The notes below the pieces were generated by a model that worked only from the letters and a program-made list of their open reading frames with translations, ran no database searches and was not told where the DNA came from. Of a stretch of DNA of 64,000 nt, positions 51,983-61,132 are shown one piece after another (the stretch's first letter is position 1; each line of letters begins with the position of its first letter). The stretch covers positions 15,353 through 79,352 of the forward strand of contig CAWBYC010000005.1 in NCBI GenBank assembly GCA_963792925.1. Direction: 5' to 3'. Source of the stretch: an uncultured Bacteroidales bacterium (GTDB taxonomy: Bacteria > Bacteroidota > Bacteroidia > Bacteroidales > VadinHA17). The translations under genes were made by a program, and so were the position numbers.

Positions 51983-52242
51983 GATAGCTGTAACAGAAGG
52001 TTAACTTTCCCCTCCTTTTTCAATAGTTTTTATACACATCACTGGATGTATCTCATTCCTTGTCATTTACCCCCTGCCCCCTAAAGGGGGTTCAAGAACC
52101 TGCAGTATCTGCTTACACCTTTTTAAAAAATTTTACTCGCTTAGCTCTGAACAGATTTTCGAGAGGATCGAGCCCCCTTTAGGGGGTTGGGGGTTAAAAA
52201 AGTGAGCAATTAGGGTGAGTTTCTCAGCACCCGAACTCAATA

Positions 52243-54144
52243 CTAACCTCCGTACCTTTTCCGGGAGCAGGAAGCTATTTCCAGATTTCCGTTGAGGGCT
52301 GTGACCCTTTGCCGGATATTTTTCAGTCCGTTTCCTCCTCCGGATTCGGCGATTGCAGGGTCAAAGCCCTTGCCGTTATCCTCTACAGTGATATGCAGCC
52401 TCGATTCATCAATGATCAGCTGCACACTGATATCGCTGGCTTCCGAATGACGCAGGGCATTATTCACAATCTCATTTACAATACGGTATGCAGCAATTTC
52501 CGTTTTTTCATCCGGACGCCTGTCTTCCCCGAAAAAGTGATATTTTACTTTTTCAGTGCTGAAACAAAAATCTGACAGCGCGGTATTCAGTCCATATTTC
52601 ATCAGCGACTCAGGCATAAGGTTATGGGCAACCCGTCGCAGCTCTTTTATGGAGGTGTCGAGAAGATCGATTGCAGAATTATAGGCTGCCACATTCTCTT
52701 CCGTAATTGTCATATTTCCTCTCATGCTTGTCATTTTCAGTTTTGCCACCGACAGCAGGCCGCCTAATCCGTCATGAAGATCTCTTGAAAGCCGGGCTCT
52801 TTCTGAGGTCTCCCCTTCAAGCAATGACTGTGTGGCAGTGATCTGTTTTTCCTGTTCAAGCTCCTTTATTCTTTGACTTGCTAAAAGCTGGCGCTGTTTC
52901 TGGTTTTTATAAATGAAATAGCCTGCCCCTGCACCGGCAGAGAGTATCGCAAGAAGAGACAGAATAAGAATATTATTTGTTTTCTTTTGGGCTTTCAGGA
53001 CCGTGATCTCAAGTTCTTTTTTTTCGGTGTTGTATTTTGCATCGGTTTCGGCGATCTTTCCTGCCCACTCCTGGTTCAGATCGGCCTCTTTCATGTCTAT
53101 CTGTTTCTGGGAATAGAGCAGAGCCTCCTCAGGAAGGTTAAGCCATATAGCCGATCTCTTTAGCATATCGTAAAGCAAACGCATATCGAGCCTGTTCGAT
53201 GTGTCAGCTACCTGCAAGGCCTCCTTCCCCAGGGCCATGGCCTCGGAATACCGCTTTGATTCAATCAGGTAGTCGCCTTCCTGGCGATAAGCCTCCATCA
53301 TCCCCCTCGCATTTTTGTTATCCTTGTATATATTGATAGCTGTATGGGTATATTCTATGGCTTTATCCTTATTTCCTGTCATATAATAGCAGTATCCAAC
53401 CCTTATGAGAGCCGCGGCATAGTAGTTTTTATCAATCTCCTTCAGAAGGTTCAGGGCTTCATCACCGAATTTTATTCCCTCTTCATAATCGCCATTGTTA
53501 AGGGCAAATACTGAAAGGTTAACCAGTGAGACAGCAGTTCCTCTTTTATCTTTTGTCTTTCTTTGTATTTCAAGGGAATGAAGCGTGTATTCCTTCGCTT
53601 TTTCCTGATTACCCGCCGTATAATAGAGAGAGCCGATATTTCCCAGCAGTTTTCCCTGTTTCTCAATATCATTTACCGACTCGTAATATTTCAGAAGGTT
53701 GGTGTAAATTACCATGGCAGTATCATATTTTGCCGTTACACGGAAAATATTCGCGACATTGTTCAGGATCTCAACCTCTTTCTTTTTATCAGGATGATCC
53801 TTCAGAACCGCTAATGCTTTATTGAAAAAGAAAAGCGAACTGTCATTTTTCCCCTGATTATAATATATATATCCCATCCAGGATTCTGCCTCCCCTTTTC
53901 CGTTAATATCGTTATTCCGCTCAGCCAGAACGGATTGCCGCTTTGCTACCGACAAGGCTGCAGGAAGGTTGTCGACAAGATATAAATCATACAGCTCATG
54001 AAGGATTCGCGATTGCTCCGGATAATTATCCGGTTTTATCAGGGTAAATGCCTTTTGCAGGGAGTCGGTCTTTAAGGATTGATTCTGCCCGGTTAAAGGA
54101 AGAAAAAGAAGGGATAAAAACGGAATAATCAAAAAACGTCTCAT
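52243..54144 (-). CDS. TPR-repeat sensor histidine kinase (HisKA_3 + HATPase_c)
   Basis: The protein has a signal/TM start, about 8 TPR-like units and a TM helix. The H-box is RARLSRDLHDGLGGLLSVAKLKM and the ATPase part is NNALRHSEASDISVQL...VEDNGKGF. The last ~8 codons look frame-shifted; the alternative tail PGKGTEVSIEFGC would end at 52224. Confidence 0.85.
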   Translation of the reverse strand: MRRFLIIPFLSLLFLPLTGQNQSLKTDSLQKAFTLIKPDNYPEQSRILHELYDLYLVDNLPAALSVAKRQSVLAERNNDINGKGEAESWMGYIYYNQGKNDSSLFFFNKALAVLKDHPDKKKEVEILNNVANIFRVTAKYDTAMVIYTNLLKYYESVNDIEKQGKLLGNIGSLYYTAGNQEKAKEYTLHSLEIQRKTKDKRGTAVSLVNLSVFALNNGDYEEGIKFGDEALNLLKEIDKNYYAAALIRVGYCYYMTGNKDKAIEYTHTAINIYKDNKNARGMMEAYRQEGDYLIESKRYSEAMALGKEALQVADTSNRLDMRLLYDMLKRSAIWLNLPEEALLYSQKQIDMKEADLNQEWAGKIAETDAKYNTEKKELEITVLKAQKKTNNILILSLLAILSAGAGAGYFIYKNQKQRQLLASQRIKELEQEKQITATQSLLEGETSERARLSRDLHDGLGGLLSVAKLKMTSMRGNMTITEENVAAYNSAIDLLDTSIKELRRVAHNLMPESLMKYGLNTALSDFCFSTEKVKYHFFGEDRRPDEKTEIAAYRIVNEIVNNALRHSEASDISVQLIIDESRLHITVEDNGKGFDPAIAESGGGNGLKNIRQRVTALNGNLEIASCSRKRYGG

Positions 54145-54256
54145 AGAAAACAGGTGTTTGGATCACAATAGGTTTAATTCCTGAAAATACCCATTTAAAT
54201 GTATTCAGGCATAAATTGACAGAAATATTTTTCAGACATTCAAAGGTGTTTGATTG

Positions 54257-55366
54257 CACCCCTAAATCCCGCGAGAGGGACTTACCCCTAAATCCCCCAG
54301 GGGGGACTTTGGCTTTTTAGTAAACCGTAGCTCAGTTTCAACACTGAGGTTTACCCCTAAATCCCCCAGGGGGGACTTTGGCTTTTCAGTAAACCGTAGT
54401 TCAGTTTCAACACTGAGGTTTACCCCTAAATCCCCCAGGGGGGACTTTGGCTTTTGAGTAAACCGTAGTTCAGTTTCAACCCTGAGGTTTACCCCTAAAT
54501 CCCCCAGGGGGGACTTTGGCTTTTTAGTAAACCGTAGTTCAGTTTCAACACTGAGGTTTACCCCTAAATCCCCCAGGGGGGACTTTGGCTTTTCAGTAAA
54601 CCGTAGTTCAATTTACCCTAAATCCCGTGAGGGTTTACCCCTAAATCCCCCAGGGGGGACTTTGGCTTTTCAGTAAACCGTAGTTCAGTTTCAACACTGA
54701 GTTTTACCCCTAAATCCCCCAGGGGGGACTTTGGCATCTTCTTAAACCTTGTGTCACTGATTCAGTAGAGGGATTGAAGCCCCCCTTGGGGGGTTTGGGG
54801 TAAAAGCCCAGCAATGGGAATTACCGCTAAATCCCGCAAGAGGGACTTACCCCTAAATCCCCCAGGGGGGACTTTGGCTTTTCAGTAAACCGTAGTTCAG
54901 TTTCAACACTGAGGTTTACCCCTAAATCCCCCAGGGGGGCTTTGGCAGTAAACCTAGTCAGTTCAACCTGAGGTTTACCCCTAAATCCCCCAGGGGGGAC
55001 TTTGGCATCTTCTTAAACCTTGTGTCACTGATTCAGTAGAGGGATTGAAGCCCCCCTTGGGGGGTTTGGGGGTAAAAGCCCAGCAATGGGAATTACCGCT
55101 AAATCCCGCAAGAGGGACTTACCCCTAAATCCCCCAGGGGGGACTTTGGCTTTTTAATAAACCGTAGCTCAATTTCAACCCTTAGTTTTACCCCTAAATC
55201 CCCCAGGGGGGACTTTGGCATCTTCTTAAACCTTGTGTCACTGATTCAGTAGAGGGATTGAAGCCCCCCTTGGGGGGTTTGGGGGTAAAAGCCCAGCAAT
55301 GGGAATTACCGCTAAATCCCGCAAGAGGGACTTACCCCTAAATCCCCCAGGGGGACTTTGGCTTTT
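54257..55366. repeat. tandem repeat array: 13 near-identical 31-nt cores (tacccctaaatcccccaggggggactttggc) in 69-bp A units and 144-bp B units
   Basis: Cores start at 54283, 54352, 54421, 54490, 54559, 54636, 54705, 54848, 54917, 54976, 55120, 55189 and 55333. A-unit linkers are nearly identical to each other (ttttcagtaaaccgtagttcagtttcaacactgaggtt). B units (54705, 54976, 55189) are nearly identical to each other. Degenerate cores lie at 54257 and 54614. Confidence 0.9.
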
Positions 55367-55383
55367 CTACAACCGACAACTTT

Positions 55384-55809
55384 CTATATATCCCAGGTTG
55401 GGTTTTTGAGACGTTTATTAACTGCCTCTATTATTTCAGATACAACTTTATCTATATCGGTTTCCACCTGAGTATTTTTAAACCTTATCACTTTGATACC
55501 ATATTTTTCCATCTCGGCTGATCTGCCATCATCATATTCAGTTTGTTGTGAATGAATTTCGCCGTCTAATTCTATTACTAGCCTTGCTTTATGGCAATAA
55601 AAGTCAGCAATATAGAATTCAATTGGATGTTGTCTTCTGAAACGGAGACCGCATATTTGCTTGCCACTGAGTTTTTCCCATAGAATTTTCTCTGCAAAGG
55701 TCATGTTTTCCCTTAGCATTTTAGCGGTATTCAGGGTAGTAGGCGTAGTCCTGAAATACATTGTTTTATAAAGCTCTCTCTTCATAATTACAGAAGTTGT
55801 TAAATTCAA
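55384..55809 (-). CDS. DUF559 endonuclease-domain protein (Vsr/restriction-endonuclease-like fold)
   Basis: AKMLRENMTFAEKILWEKLSGKQICGLRFRRQHPIEFYIADFYCHKARLVIELDGEIHSQQTEYDDGRSAEMEKYGIKVIRFKN is the classical DUF559 core. The start may be an internal Met. Confidence 0.8.
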   Translation of the reverse strand: MNLTTSVIMKRELYKTMYFRTTPTTLNTAKMLRENMTFAEKILWEKLSGKQICGLRFRRQHPIEFYIADFYCHKARLVIELDGEIHSQQTEYDDGRSAEMEKYGIKVIRFKNTQVETDIDKVVSEIIEAVNKRLKNPTWDI

Positions 55810-55898
55810 CAGAGGTCAATGGGTAAAATTTAAGAAATACCAGGGCCATAAATTCTTAAATTCAAGACAAAAAAAATACCAAGGCCATAGACATTCTT

Positions 55899-56098
55899 AA
55901 AGTCCCCCTCTGGGGGATTTAGGGGTAAGTCCCCTTTGGGTAGGGGTAACCCTACGGAAATGAAAGAATATCAAGGCCATAGACAATCTTAAAGTCCCCC
56001 CTGGGGGATTTAGGGGTAAGTCCACTCAAAGGGGATTTAGGGGTAAGTCCACCCAAAGGGGATTTAGGGGTAAGTCCCCCCTGGGGGATTTAGGGGTG
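55899..56098. repeat. inverted-orientation copies of the 54257-55366 core (aaagtcccccctgggggatttaggggta)
   Basis: Good copies lie at 55899-55927, 55991-56018 and 56073-56098. Degenerate copies lie at 55928, 56019 and 56046. Three ataccaRggccataNANattcttaaa linkers lie at about 55838, 55875 and 55966. Confidence 0.8.
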
Positions 56099-56183
56099 GA
56101 AACCCAGGGAAGAAGTTGCCGTTGAAAATATTTCCTCGCAAATTCCAACTATCTTCAATTCTTTGAGTCTTTACGTTGAGAAT

Positions 56184-56732
56184 ATGAGCATGGACGATAT
56201 AAATATAAACAGAGAGCTCCTGGCACGATGCAGGGACGGGGAGGTGAAGGCGCAGTTTATGCTCTATAAACAATACTCAAAAGCCATGTACAACATTGCG
56301 ATAAGGTTTCTTAACAACAGGATGGATGCAGAGGATATCCTTCAGGAATCTTTTGTCACGGCATTTGAAAAGCTGGGTGAGCTTTCGAGTGACAACGCAT
56401 TTTCGAGCTGGCTGAAAAGGATCGTTATCAATAATTGTATCACTCACCTGCGGAAACGGATTATTCTGGATGATATCGGCGATCATATCACAATAGCAGA
56501 TGATGATAACGGTGAAGAAGAATTGAATATTGATCCGGCGATTGTACATGACGCCATCAAAGATCTTCCTGCAGGGGGAAGGACGATCCTCGTCCTCCAT
56601 GCGATGGAAGGATATAAGCACAGGGAAATAGCCGTGATGCTCGGGATCTCCGAATCGACGAGCAAGACTCAGTACAGACGGGCCCTGGATTTACTTTTTC
56701 TCAATCTGAAACAAAAAATATATGTCAGTTAA
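56184..56732 (+). CDS. ECF-type sigma-70 family RNA polymerase sigma factor
   Basis: The region 2 part is DAEDILQESFVTAFEKLGEL..FSSWLKRIVINNCI. The region 4 part is LPAGGRTILVLHAMEGYKHREIAVMLGISESTSKTQYRRALDLL. Confidence 0.85.
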   Translation: MSMDDININRELLARCRDGEVKAQFMLYKQYSKAMYNIAIRFLNNRMDAEDILQESFVTAFEKLGELSSDNAFSSWLKRIVINNCITHLRKRIILDDIGDHITIADDDNGEEELNIDPAIVHDAIKDLPAGGRTILVLHAMEGYKHREIAVMLGISESTSKTQYRRALDLLFLNLKQKIYVS

Positions 56733-57285
56733 ACTGGAAAAATATCTTTTACGCCAAAGGAGGAACATGGATGTTGAGACTCCTGATGATGATCTGATCT
56801 GGAAAGGGATTCAGAGCAGGCTCGATGGTGTAAATCCTGAGGTCAGGCGTCTGACAAATAAGATCAGACTCCTGAAGATCAGGAATTTTGCTGCCACGGC
56901 AATAATACTTTTTACGCTCGGGTATATTGCCAATGATATTGTCAACAGGAAATCGCAGGACAAATCAGTTACATTATCGTCCATCAATACGGAACTCGGC
57001 AGGAGGGAGACAGAATATAGAACGATGGTCAGTTTTAAGACACAGGAGGTGAGATCGTTTGCCGCGACTGACGATAAGGTGATCAGTGAATTGTTCGATG
57101 AGATAAACGAACTTGATGCAGTGTATGATCAGGCTATGGCTGATCTGAAAGAACTTGGTCCGAATGACAGGGTGATTAATACCATCTTCAGTACCTATGA
57201 GCAGAAGATCCGTCTTCTTGAATTAATAATACTTGAAACAAACAAAATAAACAGTCATGAAAACAATGAGAAAATTATTCTTTAG
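56722..57285 (+). CDS. putative anti-sigma factor (single TM helix)
   Basis: The gene overlaps the sigma gene by 11 nt. It has one TM helix (FAATAIILFTLGYIANDIV). The call is positional. Confidence 0.45.
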   Translation: MSVKLEKYLLRQRRNMDVETPDDDLIWKGIQSRLDGVNPEVRRLTNKIRLLKIRNFAATAIILFTLGYIANDIVNRKSQDKSVTLSSINTELGRRETEYRTMVSFKTQEVRSFAATDDKVISELFDEINELDAVYDQAMADLKELGPNDRVINTIFSTYEQKIRLLELIILETNKINSHENNEKIIL

Positions 57286-58579
57286 TGCCCTGGTTTTATT
57301 TCTGGCTACTGGTTTTATATCCTTTGCATCGGCAGCGGAGAAGGAGCTTCAGAAGACATACACCTGGAAATATAATGTCAACAAGGATGCAACTGTAGGA
57401 TTTGACAACTACGACTGCAATATCACGATCCACACCTGGGATAAGGCGGAAGCGGAGTATCATCTTACAGTAGACGCCACAACCAGGTCGGATGAAGATG
57501 CAACAGTGCTCGATCAGTATATACAGAATTACAGGTTTAGCAACAGCGCCACATCGGTAAAATTCAAAAGCACTTTCTGGGAATCGCGCAACACCATCAT
57601 GGGCAGGATGACGATGGTTCTTGAAGGAGGTAAAAAAGTCTATCTTTCAGATATGACCATGAAGGGTGAGCTCTGGATCCCATCGGGTTGCAGGTTTGAC
57701 CTCGATTCGAAATACTCCGAGATCAACATGGAAGATTTTGCGGGGCAGCTATTCCTGAATCTCTATAATGATAACCTGTATGCCGGCAATGTCAGCGGCA
57801 AGACAGAGATTGACGATAAATACAGCACGCTGGAGTTTAAGGATATGAAAGATATCACGGCGAGTCTTTACAACTCAAAGCTGGAAGCAGCGAGCATGGG
57901 GAATCTGAAGATTGACACGAAATATTCGAAAGTCACGACCACCACTGCCGGCAATCTTGAGATAGACAGTTATAATGATAAGTACAGCTTTACCCGGACA
58001 GGCGATTTAACTTTTAATGCCAAGTATTCGGATATTAAGACTGAATCATCTGCGCAGATCACCCTCGATTGTTATGAAGGGACTGTGAGTCTGAAGGAAG
58101 TGAAGGATGTAAGGCTGAACTCTAAATATGCTGACTTCCAGTTTGTGGTTGCGGGAAATATAACTGTTGTTTCATCATACAACGACAAGCTGCAGGCGGG
58201 GAAAGCCATTTCGCTGAAAATCAATGATTCGAAGTACTGTTCATTCGTGATAGATGAGCTGACGAGCTCTGTTACCGAGAATGATGGCTATGAAGATAAG
58301 TTCACGATAGGTAAGACCGGTAAGGATTTCAAGGAGTTCCGGATCAGCGGGAAGTATATTGAAGCATCCCTTGGCCTTCCTGGGACGACGGATTACAAGT
58401 TCAGGGCAAAGATTGATTATCCGAAGCTTGATATGGATGAGTCGCAGTTAAAGTCGAAGACAAAGATCATTGACGGGTCGAATCTGGAGTATGATGCAGT
58501 GAGGGGTGTCGAGAAAGAGGGGATGGCAGTGATAGAGGTTAACGGGTATGAGATGGCTTTGAAGATTGTGGATATTTAG
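57257..58579 (+). CDS. exported beta-rich repeat protein (DUF4097/putative-adhesin-like)
   Basis: The signal peptide is MKTMRKLFFSALVLFLATGFISFASA. Repetitive K/D-YS-x-hydrophobic strand units are present (DSKYSEINM, DDKYSTLEF, DTKYSKVTT, NDKYSFTRT, NAKYSDIKT, NSKYADFQF). It is the third gene of the sigma/anti-sigma operon. Confidence 0.45.
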   Translation: MKTMRKLFFSALVLFLATGFISFASAAEKELQKTYTWKYNVNKDATVGFDNYDCNITIHTWDKAEAEYHLTVDATTRSDEDATVLDQYIQNYRFSNSATSVKFKSTFWESRNTIMGRMTMVLEGGKKVYLSDMTMKGELWIPSGCRFDLDSKYSEINMEDFAGQLFLNLYNDNLYAGNVSGKTEIDDKYSTLEFKDMKDITASLYNSKLEAASMGNLKIDTKYSKVTTTTAGNLEIDSYNDKYSFTRTGDLTFNAKYSDIKTESSAQITLDCYEGTVSLKEVKDVRLNSKYADFQFVVAGNITVVSSYNDKLQAGKAISLKINDSKYCSFVIDELTSSVTENDGYEDKFTIGKTGKDFKEFRISGKYIEASLGLPGTTDYKFRAKIDYPKLDMDESQLKSKTKIIDGSNLEYDAVRGVEKEGMAVIEVNGYEMALKIVDI

Positions 58580-58795
58580 GTTTTGATTTTACATATGAAC
58601 AGAAAGCCTTCTCCGGTATCCGGGGAGGCTTTTGTTATTATAAAAGATGGTAAGAGTCGGAAGACGGAAGTGGTTTTACTTCTTCCCGGCTTCAATCATC
58701 TGATTTCCTCCTTCTTCAAAAAAATCACAAAATAATGGTATCTGATTGAAATATTTCATAAATTTGAGTTGCTGCGTTTTCTAAATAGGAACATA

Positions 58796-59032
58796 ATGTC
58801 TTTGATCAAGTACATCGAAAGAGTGCGACGTATGGATTCATTGATATCCAGGATGGCCACCGGGACTCCCGAAGAATTTGCCGAAAAGATGGGAATCAGG
58901 AGGAGCACGCTTTTTTTATCACTCCAGGAAATGCGTGAGATGGGAGTAGATATCAAGTATTCCGTGATAAGACAATCATATTATTATGCAGATAACCGGA
59001 GGATAAAGATTAAGCTGGAGTGTAATTCATAG
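58796..59032 (+). CDS. small putative HTH protein
   Basis: In MSLIKYIERVRRMDSLISRMATGTPEEFAEKMGIRRSTLFLSLQEMREMG, the segment TPEEFAEKMGIRRSTLF looks like a helix-turn-helix. Confidence 0.35.
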   Translation: MSLIKYIERVRRMDSLISRMATGTPEEFAEKMGIRRSTLFLSLQEMREMGVDIKYSVIRQSYYYADNRRIKIKLECNS

Positions 59033-59059
59033 GTAACCGCGGCTTTCAAGCCGTGGTTA
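59031..59059. repeat. REP hairpin (gtaaccgcgg ctttcaag ccgtggttaac)
   Basis: It belongs to the same hairpin family as 59210 and 59818. Confidence 0.7.
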
Positions 59060-59209
59060 ACGGAAAAACCTGGATCAAATATATAATAAGTATATACTGC
59101 CAGCACTAAGTCGATACAAGTTAAGAGATCTGGTTTTCGGCTGACAGGTTATGGCTTTCAGGCCCTGCTATTTAGATTTATATCATGTTACACATCCGAG
59201 TATTTTCTA

Positions 59210-59269
59210 CTAACCACGGCTTTCAAGCCGTGGTTAGCAGCCTGTGTATCTGATAGGGCTTTAGCCCGG
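59210..59269. repeat. REP unit upstream of the RAYT gene (ctaaccacggctttcaagccgtggttag + gggctttagccc)
   Basis: It has a perfect 10-bp stem with an 8-nt loop, then a second short hairpin. It is nearly identical to 59818-59878. Confidence 0.8.
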
Positions 59270-59359
59270 TACTTATTCAGCCGGGGTTTTACATCAGTCC
59301 ATCATCCTCGGACTGTCAGATTATAAATTCGTGGCAAGTAAATCACTAAACTTAAAAAA

Positions 59360-59794
59360 ATGCCACACGTTAAAAACTGGCTCCATTGCGTATGGAACAC
59401 AAAATCAAAAACTCCCTATCTCTCGGGAGATCTGAAATTCGAATTATTAAGTCATATTCGCTCTAATGCTAAAGTTAAGGGCATATATATTGATTTTATA
59501 AATGGAGGAATTGAACATCTTCACTGTTTGCTTCTATTAAATCCGGACCACTCGCTATCGTATGTTATGCAAATGATTAAAGGAGAGTCTTCTCACTGGA
59601 TTAATAAAAATTCATTAACGAAATTCAAATTCAGGTGGGCTGAGGAGTATTATGCTGTCTCAGTAAGTGAAAGTGATGTTCCGCGTGTTCGAAATTATAT
59701 AAGAAATCAGGAACAGCATCACAATCTGCAGAGTTGGCAGGAAGAGATTGATGAACTTGTTAAAGTCTTTGGGTTTGACAAGTTACCGGGCTAA
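59360..59794 (+). CDS. REP-associated tyrosine transposase (RAYT; IS200/Y1 transposase-like)
   Basis: The 144-aa ORF has the HUH motif EHLHCLLLL, IKGESSHWINK, the Tyr region WAEEYYAVSVSE and RNYIRNQEQHH. It is flanked by same-orientation REP hairpins. Confidence 0.8.
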   Translation: MPHVKNWLHCVWNTKSKTPYLSGDLKFELLSHIRSNAKVKGIYIDFINGGIEHLHCLLLLNPDHSLSYVMQMIKGESSHWINKNSLTKFKFRWAEEYYAVSVSESDVPRVRNYIRNQEQHHNLQSWQEEIDELVKVFGFDKLPG

Positions 59795-59817
59795 ATCCCG
59801 CATCTTGGTTATTTCGA

Positions 59818-59878
59818 CTAACCATGGCTTTCAAGCCGTGGTTAGCAGCCTTGTGTATCTGATCGGGCTTTAGCCCGG
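59818..59878. repeat. REP unit downstream of the RAYT gene
   Basis: The sequence is ctaaccatggctttcaagccgtggttagcagccttgtgtatctgatcgggctttagcccgg. Confidence 0.8.
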
Positions 59879-59951
59879 AACTTTTCTTCAGTAGTCCGGT
59901 ATTATCGGACTATCCTTTTTTAAATTCGTTCGGAAGTAAATTTCTCGTGCT

Positions 59952-60614
59952 ATGAAATTGCTTGTCAAGTATTACAACCTGAAAGGGCTGCATCTGTTTA
60001 TCGGTATCGTACTTGCTAATATTTTTCTTGTCTGGCTTTCAAAGACTTTGCTGATCAATGAGATTGTCTTTTATAACGCTTTCAGTGATCAATTGACTTA
60101 TGAAAGATCACTAAAATTATTTGAAGACCTGAAGAGATTTTCATGGATATCTTATGCTTTTACTCCGATAATGCTCTTTATAAAATTCTCAATAGTAAGC
60201 CTGGTCATATATTTTGGCGTTGTATTTTATAATGCTCAGAAAATGATTTCACTAAAGACCGTCTTCAAAATAGTAATAGCCAGTGAATTTGTTTTTCTGG
60301 TTGCAGGCATTTTTAAATTCATTTGGTTTTATTTTTTTGCAGGAAACTATGATTTTAATGATCTCGGTTTTTTTTATCCATTGTCACTTATCAATCTTTT
60401 CAAAATAGCTGAAGTAGGTAAGTTTTGGATATATCCTTTGCAAACTATAAATGCTTTTCACATTTTTTACATACTCGCCATCTCTTTTGCCTTAAACAGG
60501 CATTGCTCCCTCGAAAAGAGTGATTGTGAAAAAATAGTATTGGCATCATATGTACCCGCTCTGGTGCTCTGGATTGCATTAATAATGTTCCTTACAATTG
60601 ACTTAACTTTATGA
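59952..60614 (+). CDS. multi-pass membrane protein of unknown family, first gene of the bacteriocin-export operon
   Basis: The 220-aa ORF has about 5 hydrophobic helices. It overlaps the next gene by 4 nt. Confidence 0.5.
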   Translation: MKLLVKYYNLKGLHLFIGIVLANIFLVWLSKTLLINEIVFYNAFSDQLTYERSLKLFEDLKRFSWISYAFTPIMLFIKFSIVSLVIYFGVVFYNAQKMISLKTVFKIVIASEFVFLVAGIFKFIWFYFFAGNYDFNDLGFFYPLSLINLFKIAEVGKFWIYPLQTINAFHIFYILAISFALNRHCSLEKSDCEKIVLASYVPALVLWIALIMFLTIDLTL

Positions 60615-61132
60615 GAAAGATAGTTTCAGGTGTGGTTGTTATCGTTATTCTTTTATTTTCATCTTATTTAGGGGCCGGCATAATCAGGAAGGTGCATAAT
60701 CATAAGATTATAATAGAGAAAATAGCAAAGTTACCCTCATTTGCTTTTTTAACATTGTCAAATAGTAATTTCAATTCATCAGAAATAACAAAAGGTCCTG
60801 TTCTGGTTCTGTATTTTCACCCTGAATGTGAGCATTGCCAGTGGGAGATGTCTGAGATCTTTAAAAGTCAAATACCAGAGTCATTCCAAAAGGTTCTATT
60901 AATCTCTTCCGCGCAACCTGATTCAATAGTAAAATTCCTTCAACAATTCCATTATACTGACTATCCATCAGTTCTACCGCTTGTAGATTCTTCTTACAAC
61001 TTTGAACTATATTTTGGCAGTAGTCTTGTTCCTTCATCTTATGTATATGATAGTAAACTGAATCTAATAAAACATATTCGGGGTGAAGTAAAAACGGAGG
61101 CTATCCTTAATCTGATAACAAAGAATGAATGA
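60611..61132 (+). CDS. TlpA-like thioredoxin-fold thiol-disulfide oxidoreductase, membrane-anchored
   Basis: It has an N-terminal TM helix, and the redox motif in VLVLYFHPECEHCQWE is CxxC. It overlaps both neighbouring genes. Confidence 0.65.
   Translation: MRKIVSGVVVIVILLFSSYLGAGIIRKVHNHKIIIEKIAKLPSFAFLTLSNSNFNSSEITKGPVLVLYFHPECEHCQWEMSEIFKSQIPESFQKVLLISSAQPDSIVKFLQQFHYTDYPSVLPLVDSSYNFELYFGSSLVPSSYVYDSKLNLIKHIRGEVKTEAILNLITKNE

Noticed and set aside
54257-55366. Possible CRISPR array (31-nt repeat plus 38-nt interval, 69-bp period).
   Set aside because: The intervals between A-unit repeats are nearly identical to one another rather than unique spacers. Unit lengths switch between 69 and 144 bp in blocks. 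No cas genes are present in the window. This is a tandem or satellite-type repeat.
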